Part shown: one piece after another, positions 28,901 through 40,900 of the stretch
How positions within the stretch are numbered: position 1 is the first letter of the stretch
How the letters are laid out: each line of letters starts with the position of its first letter
The notes under the pieces: model-generated
What the model saw: only the letters and a program-made list of their open reading frames with translations
The model's database searches: none
What the model was told of the DNA's origin: nothing
Position numbers and translations under genes: made by a program
DNA from: Phoronis australis
Lineage: Eukaryota > Animalia > Phoronida
Assembly: GCA_002633005.1 (NCBI GenBank)
Contig: NMRA01000058.1
Location: 1,020,409 to 1,084,408, forward strand
Reading direction: 5' to 3'
Length of the DNA: 64,000 bases

Positions 28901-31900
28901 AAATTTGTCTATGTTTTGAAGATTTTCAACCGTTGCAGTTTGTTCTTGGCAAGGGATTTTTCAAGTGCTGTTTAGGGAAAAAATATTTTTGGATGATATC
29001 AATAGCACCAGCCTGACACATTTTGATGAGACTTGTCGCATAGTTGTACGATTTCAATGCGCTGGCACCATTTGATTGTCAGATGGTTTAGACTTTTGCA
29101 ACACGGCTCCTAGTGGTCATTTTGTTGTCAACTAAAGGATTTTCAAGTAATGTTTTTTGGGAAAGAGCATTTCCAAATTGTATCTAGAGAACTGATTAAA
29201 CAATTTTAATGAAACTTGACACAGAGGTATATATGATTACAATGCAGTGACACTATTTGATTTTTTTGGGATGATTCACCTACTGCAGCACCTCCTAGTG
29301 GCACCTAGAATCGTGTCATTTGTGATGCACTATGGACGAATGTCAATGCCTCACTGTTGCTCTTGTTACTAAGTTTTACTAATATATTGTGGAAACCAAG
29401 GTATTTTGCCATAAAATTCTCAAATTAATTCGACCCACTTTCTATTTTCAAAAAACATATACTATTCAGTTTTTTATTTTCTTCATTTGGCTTCAGAATG
29501 CACACACTTGTAGATTAAGTTACCCATACCTTCAGAACTATCAATTTCCAATGATCCATGAATATGTCTAATGAGTGCCTCTAACTCCTAATATCAATTT
29601 GAATATACAATCATTGATTTATTTTTGTCAGTGAGATTCAGTTGTAGAGCACAAATCACATATTTTTGTTTGAACGGTGGGAAATAGGTCGATGACCGTT
29701 CGTTTAGCCGACATGTGGAGCAGATCAGCGGCGATCTCTGAGTCTGAGTTCTTACTGGGGTCAGTGGCCTTACAAAATGTGGGTCCTTTTCAAATTTTTT
29801 GAGTCTCTCCGTTTGTCCCATTTGAAAATCCCATAGCGACAAGAATACAAAAAAACACTGTAAAACAAGTAGAAATTTAACATACTTCATCATATGTCAT
29901 GGCACTCAGAACATAATAGTACAGTCAGGCGTATACCTTGACATTCACATTGTCGGCTATGAAGTACAGCAATCGAAAGCCTGGAACAAGTTACTCCTGG
30001 AACGAGTTGTCACTTGGTTTAGAGGCTATATGGACGCTATTTGAACTAATGCAACATGCCCCACTCGTGACAACTTAATTCACCTTATCGAGGAAGGGTA
30101 ACTTAGTTCTAGGGTAACTTGCGCCACTTCTAATTCCTTCGGACAAGGCAGAAGTTATTATCAGCTGCCGTGACGTACAGCCGGGTCTAATCTTTCAGTG
30201 TGCCCCGTATTTGCATCAGCTATTCCTTATCGAGCGTAGAGCGACAACTTTGCCTTACCCTGTTATCGGATATGTGTGTGTGGACTCTCCACTTAGAAGT
30301 AGGGTAACTAGTGCAAGTTGTTCCTGTGTAGGCTGTGTGTGAATGGGACTTAAAAATAGCAGCCGGCGAACACCATAAAATTGTCTGCTTGCTGGTCAGC
30401 AAATCGAAGTTGGCAGTAAAGACTGCAGAGAGGTTCCGCACTCAGCCGTTCCAAAATGATAATTGTGCATTATAATTGTCCTGGCATTTAGTGTAGTTCT
30501 ATCAGTTTTGAGCTTTTGTTTTGTAAGTTTGTGTTTACTTGAAAGGGGGTTATAACCCAGTCATTCATTTTCTCATAACTAGTGGTGAAACAATTATAGA
30601 GCAGGCATGAAGTGCCATTGAGCAATTTCAGTATATGCAATTTAGATAAAAGCAGTAAACCCTTCAAATCTCTTCTGCTTTTGTTGATGTATTTATCAGA
30701 AATCGCCTTTGGTGTGTGTAGTTCAAGTGGTTAGGACTATGATTTTATCGCCACGTAGTATTTGATTGTAGGTAAATTAGCTGTGGAGTCCACAAGAGCT
30801 CATTTCCGTTGTCAAGTCTCTTCACTTTTTACCTGCTTTGATTGAAAGTGATTGAATAGTTAATGATAAAATCATAAATATGGGTCTTTTTAAGACTTTA
30901 CGTAAGTAGCTGCTGTATAGATTCATTGAAGAGGAAGTGTTGAACTCTTAAAGAACACCAGTCATCACTGCCATGTTTTATGCAAACACCGAATTAGTGT
31001 TAAGTTATTCTCTCACAGACTTCTCAATCATGTACTGTAGTTGTGCAAGACAAAAGTAATCAATTGGCCAAGTACAGTACTAGACAAAAGTAATCAGATG
31101 AAACACCGTTTTCCCATCATGACACCTAATTGTGTTAAATTAAAAAGTGACTGGTAATTACTATCTGCCAAAATTGTCACGAACATACCCTTTAAACCAG
31201 ATTCCATCACCATAACCGGGTTTTATCCACATTCTTTCTGTCCCAGCTTTTGTTGCAAGTTTTGATGCAGTATAATTAGTTGATAAGTCATGCTGGCATC
31301 TTGCTTTCCAATGAATAACTCAAAGCTTGGGTTTTTATTTAAAAAATCCGCATTGCCGTATTCGCCCTTAAATAACCGCCCAGGGCGCTTAGAAAAATTC
31401 GTTTCAGGGGAGCGCTTTATTGTTACCCAAGGCGGTTGAAGCCCGGTTTCCGAAACGGGTGAAATCGGAAGCTAAGATTCATCATATTTACGCTCTGTGA
31501 CGTATCTGTAACCTATGACAGACTTTCTACAAAATTGTGGTGCATTGCCATCAAACTTTGCTGTTAAATTACGATCATTTTACAGAAATTGCTGCTGAAA
31601 TCCCAGGGCGAAAACTTGCCAAATGACTGCCTCGCAGTCGTCGATGTGGCGACTGGAATGCTAAATTGAATAAAAGTTTTGACTCTAGCAAATTACCTGA
31701 AATCCTCCTTAAAGTTTCCAAATAGCGTCCCTAAGATTTTAAAGTTCCTGTTGAGTCGGCATTAACGGCAGGTTTAAAAGACAAATCTGTGCTACATCGT
31801 GCCATCTGTGATCGGCAACACGAGAAAAACCTCCGGACGAACACACATGTTGTCATGTGACGTTTGTTTTGGAATTTGTCTGTGTGTGTTAGTAAGCAAG

Positions 31901-34900
31901 CGTGTGCATGTCACCAGAGTTCATTTGCCAGTTGAGAGTAAACGCTATCTAACGAGCTACATGACGATGTGCATAATGTATCTAAAGAAATTATCACAAG
32001 CAGTAGGCCTAAAGCAGAAGTTGTNTTGCTGCTGAAATGCCAGGGCGAAAACTTGCCAAATGACTGCCTCGCAGTCGTCGATGTGGCGACTGGAATGCTA
32101 AATTGAATAAAAGTTTTGACTCTTGCAAATTACCTGAAATCTTCCTTAAGGTTTCCAAATAGTGTCCCTAAGATTTTAAAGTTCCTGTTGAGTCGGCATT
32201 AACGGCAGGTTTAAAAGACAAATCTGTGCTACATCGTGCCATCTGTGATCGGCAACACGAGAAAAACCTCCGGACGAACACACATGTTGTCATGTGACGT
32301 TTGTTTTGGAATTTGTCTGTGTGTGTTAGTAAGCAAGCGTGTGCATGTCACCAGAGTTCATTTGCCAGTGGAGAGTAAACGCTATCTAACGAGCTACATG
32401 ACGATGTGCATAATGTATCTAAAGAAATTATCACAAGCAGTAGGCCTAAAGCAGAAGTTGTTTCATTCAGCACATTCCGGTCTCGTGCTAAAAATATTAG
32501 ACATTTAATTTATTGTCTCGGTAAGGCCCATATTAGTCGCAGTGTGGCTGAATGCATATGTGACTATCGGACAGTTATTGTTCAGTGTGAGGGTCAGTGG
32601 AAGCATTCACTGTCAGTGGTCATTTTATGGGATATTTGGCTTTAAAAAACACCAGGTATGATTAATCAAACTATCTCTTTTTAGAAATAATGCAACATGT
32701 GGAGAATTTCTGGCTAACACTGGTGACCACTCTGATTCCCTAAGCTCCAGACAACTTTTACAATGCCTATTCAGCACGCCCTTTGTATTGATGTAGGTCT
32801 GAGCTAATGAAGTGGAAAGGTAATTGCTAGCATTACTGTCTCAACAATGGTTGTTGTTTAAGTACCCCCAATTTGGTTTTCTCTGACATTTGCAGAGTTA
32901 TAGCCTGCAACTCTGGAGAGTAGTTTTAACTTGGTACATTATAAATATAAAATGACTAAAAAGGTAACTTGTGTTTATCTTCACAAAGGGCCACTTCCCA
33001 AAGGAACGAAGTTTCTTATTTGGTTTTCTTTATTTAGTTTTTAATGCTAAATCTGCACACTTGTTTTTTTTACCGGGAACGGGCTTATAAGTTCTAAACA
33101 TTAAGTAGCAAAACAGTGGTAGATTTTGATCGCCAGCTACACTTAATTAGTTAAGTTCATTGTGAGCCCATCCCTAAACTTACCACATTGCAGGTATACT
33201 AAACATTCCACGTGTCATTAAAGTTTAATTTTTGTTACAACTCAAATCATAAAATATATACAAAAGTGGAACTATGGTGAATACCGCCGTGGTGTTCGTT
33301 TATAACAAAAATTAGTGGTTAATACATTTTGAAAATTTGCCATTATGTACAGTCAGAGATGTTTAATACAGTTTATGGTCGGATAATTACATTTAACTGG
33401 GTCTTGCTGGCATCGGGCAATGCGGTCATCACCATTATACCCGATTCCGGCGCCGCGCTCTCTTTGATCTTGGTACAAGCCGCTCAGAAGGACAAGCGGT
33501 GAAAATTTCCGCATATCTTTAGAAAGTGTATTATTAGAAACTGTTGGAAACTAGTGCCAATATTCATTTCTTGCTGATGCTGTGCTATACCTGTTTCAGG
33601 AATGGATAGTTCCGTACTAATGTCTTTGATGACAGGTACGTGTATGTAGCCTGCGCTTCTTTGCCATGTGTAACAGTGACCAAGGTTTTTATTAGTCTTT
33701 GATTCGCGGTTTTCACGTGTACAAAGAAATATGGATTCCTCTTGAGGGCGAGAAATATCTACAATACAGTCCTATTGACAAGTACGTTATGTCTGTTCTG
33801 AAAGGCCAAACCATAGTGAGACAGCAAAACTTTTTAGTTCGTTTTGAGGCACGGCGGAAGTTTCAAGTGTATAGTCACGGCTAAATACGGACATTGCGGC
33901 GAGGCTCGTGATCTACAAATTCTACACACAATTTTTTTCAGGACTCTCCAATATTATTGATAAATTGAAGATGTTACTATAGAATTTTAGAACTGTAGGT
34001 AATGGATTTTTCGCAAGTACACGTTCATGGACTGGGCGCTTAGTTTAGCAAGGTCTGAAAACGTGTGGGGAGGCGCTTATAGGGGCATGGGCGGTCATTA
34101 GGGCGAATACGGTACTTGAAAATTCAAAAACCCACAGTCTACTTATAATTACTTCTCTGGTAGATAGTTTTCATCAGTTTTCATATCCCAAAAAGAAAGT
34201 GGATCAAAGTACTGCCTGAATGGTTTCAAGCTTTATAAGTTAGATGACCTGATAAGAAACGAGAGCTACCTCACTATAGTGACTCAGAGTCACTCCTGTG
34301 ATGAATAGTCTACTAGTGAGAATGGAATGTGGATGAAACTGGTTGGGCTCACCAGTTGAGATTGGAGAAATGCAAGATTTTTCCCAATCGATCCTAAGGT
34401 GTCATTTCAAGGGATGTTTATAACACCATACTCACCAGTTTTCATGCCATGAATAATACGCTTACACGAAAGTCACGCATTTTTAAAGATATGCGTGACT
34501 TCATCGCTCGTCCTTCTGAGTGGCTTTTACCAGGATCAAAGAGAGTGCGGCTCCAGAGTTGGACTCAGTTGCAATGACCGCATTGTCTGGTGCAAGCAGC
34601 TCCTAAGTGCAATTACCCGACCTTAAACTGTAGTAAACATCTCTGCCTGTACATACTGGCGAATTTTTAAAATGCATTAACCAGCAGTTTTCGTTAAAAA
34701 CAAATACCACAGATGTATTCGGATGGAATAAACAACCAAGTTTGGTTTTCGATTTTTAAAAATCGATGAACTATTAAGCTAAAAACTACAAACATTCAGG
34801 GTATGATTGAAGATAAATGACTGTGCTTATTGACACACTCGGTGGATTTAAAAACGCTGATCAGAGTTAACAATATATCACGTGGATTATTCTTTTAATA

Positions 34901-37900
34901 TACAACTAAACTTAACCTTAAAACCTCTATAAAGACACGCAGTGACTAAATTAGGTGTAAATAACTTTAAAACATCGCTTATGGCCCAGTGCATGCCAAA
35001 CAATTTTACTCGAGGACGTAGTACACTAACCAGCAAACTGATATTCCCGGAAATGCTCCAATTTCGATAGTCGTCATGGAACACATGTGAAGACGAGAAT
35101 GATAGATGGCTTGCCTTGTAGTCAACGAGAGAGTGCAAGCAGTGAATGAGGTTGGTCGGTGGGCAACAGATGGGATTTCAGGAAAAGCTACAATTGTTAT
35201 GTAGTTACTGCAACAAAAATTGTCCTGAGGTTCCAAATTTTCAGTTTGGCTATCACCATATTTGCACTTTTGTACATACCGTAAACGTTCGGATTAACGC
35301 CCATGCTCAGTTAACCGCCCACCCCCTACTATAGGTGGATTTTCGATTTAACTGCCCACTGCTCGGTTAAGCGCCCCCTGCGATTTTTGAAGATTTACAG
35401 TTAAGCGCCCACCTCGGTTAAGCGCCCATCCCCGACTTTTAAAGAATGAAGATTTAGCGCCCAGTGTTAAGGAAACGTGCGATTCCCCGACTTTTAGAAA
35501 AAGATCGATGATCACAATGAACGCAACGACGCCGGGCCTCCGAGACGGTGGTTTAGCAATGCGAATTGCAATTATACGCATAATGAGTTATTGTCTTGGG
35601 TCATGCACTCACTTCAAGATATAATACTTGAACGTTTTTGTCACTTAAATTATTTTCTTCCCATGTTTGCAAAGTTTAAGAACGCCGCCGGCGTCAAAAC
35701 CTCTGCTTTCAGCGACTGTCTGCCGCGCTGAGTTTTCGTCTGCAGTGCACTTGAAAAAACATATATTCAAAAAAATCAGGCCAGAGAAATGAGACAATGG
35801 TTAAAAGTATATAGTCACGCCCGTTTCTGTTTCTTAGGACTGTCGCTATTCTCTTTTGATGTGTGACTTTGTAGTGGTGCACGCGCCCAAGTTCCCACAC
35901 TTTGGAGTGCATGTTACCTTGACACCAACATGTGATTGACAGGTGACTCGCACGTAGGCCCTACTCGCGTGCTGAATCCCGCCGCTATCTTTGGCCATAA
36001 ACAACGAGATGCATATTGAAAGAGGCCGTTATATTACTTGACGGCATTTCCAAGTCACGATTGTCAGCCGACTGAGACATTGCGCGCTAACAACGGGACC
36101 GAACAGTGCCGCAGTGCGATATTGCAAGTGATATAAATAGGATAATCTGGACATTTTGCATGAAAAATAAATGTTTTTCCACCACGAAGTTTGGTAAGGT
36201 GATCGTTTATGAATTGAAGCATCGCTGTTTTGTAGTGTTTTATCACATATTTATGCCGTAGCTCGAAATTTTATTCTTGATTGACGAGTGGCACACGACC
36301 GCTTAACCCCGATTCTTGTCTTGGGCCTACTTCTTTGCCGAGCATGTTTGGCGCAACGGCAAGTGAGCAATGCCGGGCAGTCGAGATAAAACAGCAAGCC
36401 GCAGAACCATACGCTGAAAAAATGTCATTGAGTCACGGAGTGTTGACTATAAACATCTCAAACACAAAAAACATCTGAATTAAGGTTTTCAAACTTTTAT
36501 TTCAACCAATTTTAAAACTGCTCTCTGACTATGAACTTGGCAGCTAGTACGAGACTGTAACCATAAATTTGATGTTTGCTGTGACCTCTGCAACACGTGA
36601 AGCTTGCACGCGCGCACTTTAGCAAGGTGAAATAGTTACAATCCAAGTAGAGGCTGCGTGGTCACTGGTCGTCTGCGCTCTACAGGGCTAAATAACAAGA
36701 CTGCAGGACGTCACGGGGCTATTACTCAGCAATTCTGTAAATTTAATAGTGAATAACTAATCTGAAGGCATGATAACCTTTGTTAAGATCATCCGCTGTT
36801 ATGACATGTTCCCGTCATGTAGCGACGTGACGATAACACTCATTGAAAAGTGCTATGCGTTCCGAGTAGGCCTACGTGTGTGGTGTGGATACTTAGATCA
36901 CGAGATAAGATTAACCGCCCAGGGCGCTTGCCTGTCGTAATAAGCGCCCATGTTCGGTTAACCGCCCTCCCTGGATTTTTTGAAGTTTCACGTTTAAGCG
37001 CCCATGTCTGGTGAACCGCCCACCCCCGATTTTTTGGGTTGCCAATTTAACCGCCCAGTGCGTTCACCCGAACGTTTATGGTATTTTATGATTGGAGTTC
37101 TAATAAAGATTGAAATTGAACTAATGGCACGTGCAGTTTTGTTTGTGTGACATGTTTGTTGTAACTGTAATCTGGAAAATTCGGGGATGGGTTCCCAATT
37201 AACTGACTTCTAAGTTGTTTGGTACTTCGTTTAAAAACAAAATAAAATGATAGCAACCCTAACTGGTAAGAAGAAAAAAAACAAGCAGACAGTCGGGAGT
37301 ATTGAAAAAAGAGTAATGAAAGCAAATATGGGAAGTGGCCCTTTGTCAAGATCAACGCAAATTAATTTTTGTAATATTTACAATGTACCTAGTTAAGACT
37401 ACTACATTTGCCAGAGAAAAACAATTGGGTGTAATAACAACCACCATTGTTAAGAAAGTAGTGCTAGCTATTACCTTTCTACTAAGAGCTCAGATCTACA
37501 TCAATACAAAGGGCATGCTGAATAAGCATCATAAAAGTTGTCTGGGGCTTAGGGAATCAGATCGGTGACCAGTGTAAGCAAGAAATTCTCCACATGTGGA
37601 CAAAAATAATTGCTAAAATAGCATTTATTTTCAATGACTTAGCGTAGTTGTGAATGCCACAATTTGCTAAAACATTGTCGTGGCATCATTTTGGCACTGC
37701 ACTGCATGATTTATGAAAGAATGAGGAAATAAAGTTTCACCTGTCTGCCATAACGTGTCCTAAATTGGTGACATTTTACCGTATTTAATTAAGGCTGCAA
37801 AATTGAAGATCCGGCCTTCTTTATTTGACACTGGTTGTACAGCCTTGGCTGAAACAGATGCTTAGGTTTAAAAGTTAAAAAAGTGTGTATTTGGACAACA

Positions 37901-40900
37901 CTTAATGTACATTCAACGATGTCACACTTTCTGTGTGTAAACTTCAGACATGTCCGCACTATGAATTACCCTTAGAACAACTTGACTTGCCTCTGTTCAG
38001 TCTTGCGTCACTTCATAGTAACCTACACCTTACGACAAACATGACTAAGACTCTCATTCGATACGAACTGAGCATGGGCACAGCTGGTAATTCTGCCTTA
38101 ATTGTCTACAATTTTGTTTCCACTTATAAGTAACGCATGAACAAGTTACCCGGCCTTGATAATATGGGAAGTTGTGGGTAGCTGAACTAGGGCAACTTCT
38201 GCTGCAGCCAAGTTGTTCTGGCTTAGTTTGTAGAGTGGACATGACTTTTCTGGCAACATGTCAAAAATGGGTTGTTCACTTCCGTTTGTGAATTCAAGGT
38301 GCGATAATCCTGTACATTAAAAACAACTTCCACTTTGGATTTAAACCATACTATTATAAACTCAGTGTCATCTTGTTTCTATTTTGGACTTAAAGAATTG
38401 TTGATAATTAGTTAATTGGTTTGGACCAGGCGTATATTTGGAAGTGATACTTTTGGGTGTATACAGCAGCATAACTTGAAACCAAGAGACAGTGAATGAA
38501 TGCATCACACATGGATGTATGATTGCTCCCACAGGTAAGATTTTATTGCTGTATGGTTTTGGTATTCATTTTCTGTGAAGCTGGTAGATATTTGGCTAGC
38601 ATGTTGTGACGGCAAAGTACAAGAATGGATAGTGGTGGACAAAGATTGATATCTGGATTAAGGATCGATTCGGGAACTGCTATCATGTGGAGTCGAAACC
38701 AAATGGGAGGTTTTTGTAATGATTTCACTATTGTAGTGTTTCTGTTGTTGCTTGTTAGGTGACTGTTACTACTGCGTTTCGGGAGTGCCTGAGGCAAGAC
38801 CTGACCATGCTCATTGCTGTGTGGAGATGGGGTTAGACATGATAGATGCCATTGGTCTCGTGCGCGACGTTACTGGGGTGGACGTGAACATGCGTGTAGG
38901 GATACACAGCGGCCGGGTGCACTGCGGTGTACTGGGACTACGCAAATGGCAGTTTGACGTCTGGTCGAATGATGTCACCCTGGCGAACATCATGGAGGCT
39001 GGTGGGATACCTGGGTAGGCACATGGCTATTGTAATCCCAACTGATTGCTGACTGGGTCATGTGACATAGCACCTAATTAGACCACCATTGGAAATTCCT
39101 ATCCTTGGTGTCTAGTGATTACATGCACTTAGTCAAAAGCAAAATGGTTCACTACTCGAGAGCCTTTCTGACTTTAGGGTTGTGGAGGACATTTATCCAA
39201 AACTAGCTTCAAGCATTCATGTATCTTGTTGGGGCACAACACAGTAAAATTTAGAATAGATCTCAGTGTTAAGTCCATGTTGTATTTATGGTTAAGGTAC
39301 AATCTTATAAACTGCTGACAAAAAGTTGTCAGTTAATCTTTTTTATGTTTCAGGAGCTTCCATTGAGTAGTGAATGTCCAAAACCATGTTTTTGTGGCTG
39401 TCGTGGTACTGCTCGTCATTTCAAATCTTGAATAGGGATAACCATAAACTTGTCAATAACGATGCTCACTTTTTGCTTGATTAATTGTATGAGTGAAGAT
39501 CATTCCATGAGTTTAGTGAGTTGTAGGTGTGCTCACAAACTCTTTATCACTACATGTAATTCTCTGTAACTGTCCCAGGCGAGTCCATGTGACCCAGGTG
39601 ACCCACCGGTTCCTTGGAGACGATTACGAATTTGAACCAGGCAATGGTGATGAGCGTAATGCCTACCTTAGGGATCACAACATCAAAACTTTTCTGATTA
39701 AAGAACAAGAAGTACGCAGAAAGGTAAACAACTATTCTAGCAGGCTGCTGCACTAGACGCAGAATTAAGTTTTCATGTAGACCTCATCTTGCTCAGCATA
39801 GAATCTCAGTCCTGCTCCGTAAAGTGAATTAATGGGAAATGTTTGGTATCGGCATATTCCTACAACTCAGAGAGAGAGGGAGAGGGGGAGAGAGGGAGAG
39901 GGGGAGAGAGGGAGAGACACTATTTACATTAAGTTATAATAATACAATACAATACAATACAATACAATACAATGATTATATAATTTGATTTCAATTAGGA
40001 GGCCTTCTAAAGGTTATTGACCGCTAATAAAAAGGTCCCCTGTACAAAATAAATACATGAACATGCTTGAACAGCAGAAGGTTGTGGAAGATCAAGGCAT
40101 GGGGAGAGCAGATGAAAATTGTGACGGTTGGGGACATCTCAAATTACTTGGGGCCCTTCGTTGATTAGGGGCCCTGAGAACTTTGTAATCCAGCTGAGTA
40201 CACTACCCTGATGGTTAATAGCGCTAGAAAGCTTCCTTGACAGTAAGTTGCACTTATAGCTAGTGTCAAAATCTCACTAAATTAGGACACAATAAGGCCG
40301 ACAAGTGAAATTTTTATTTCATTTTTTTTCCATGAATGATATGTAGTGCCAAATTAAATGCTTTTCCATGTTCAAGTTTAAATTTGTACAATAACTACTG
40401 TCAGACAATGTTTGAAAAAGGTGTACTGACAAATTATATAGAAGACCTTGGAAATAAAATGGGCAATTTTTGCTATCGTTTTGTCCAAAATTTTTTAGTT
40501 ATCTTGGAAACAAAGTCTATCTTATATGGCTTGCACTCACCAACATGAAAGGAAAATCCTGTTGCTATCAGTTGCCTTTACAGGGATGTACTGAATGCTG
40601 GGAACTTTACTTGCAGCTTGAAAGGAAAGGAGAGCCAGAGGCAAACAATCGAAATGGTGCTATCAACAAGAGAATGGGGTATGCAGACGACCCACAGGCA
40701 GCCATCAGGAATAAGTACGCTGCTACACGATGATTGTGGGTTGAATATAGCTGTGCTGTCATATAAAAATTACGCATTAGTTTGGTTTGTCTGTTCGATC
40801 CAATCGTGAAACTGCAGCCGCTGTCACAATTTGCAAGAATGCACTCTTACACCTTAAACTGTATTTATTTTTTGGAAATTGGCCTCGTCACACTTAGAGC

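Larger units (their letters stand above)
31356..34112 (+). mobile_element. Composite non-autonomous Tc1/mariner (Tc2-like) element
   Basis: TIRs CCGTATTCGCCCT / AGGGCGAATACGG; TA on the right, TG on the left; subterminal TAACCGCCC / GGGCG.TTA motifs; no transposase recognised. Confidence 0.8.

Noticed and set aside
31799-32508. Duplicated gene pair (identical ORFs [10 protein letters not shown]...)
   Set aside because: Non-coding transposon interior duplicated across an assembly N; GTG starts and no motif.
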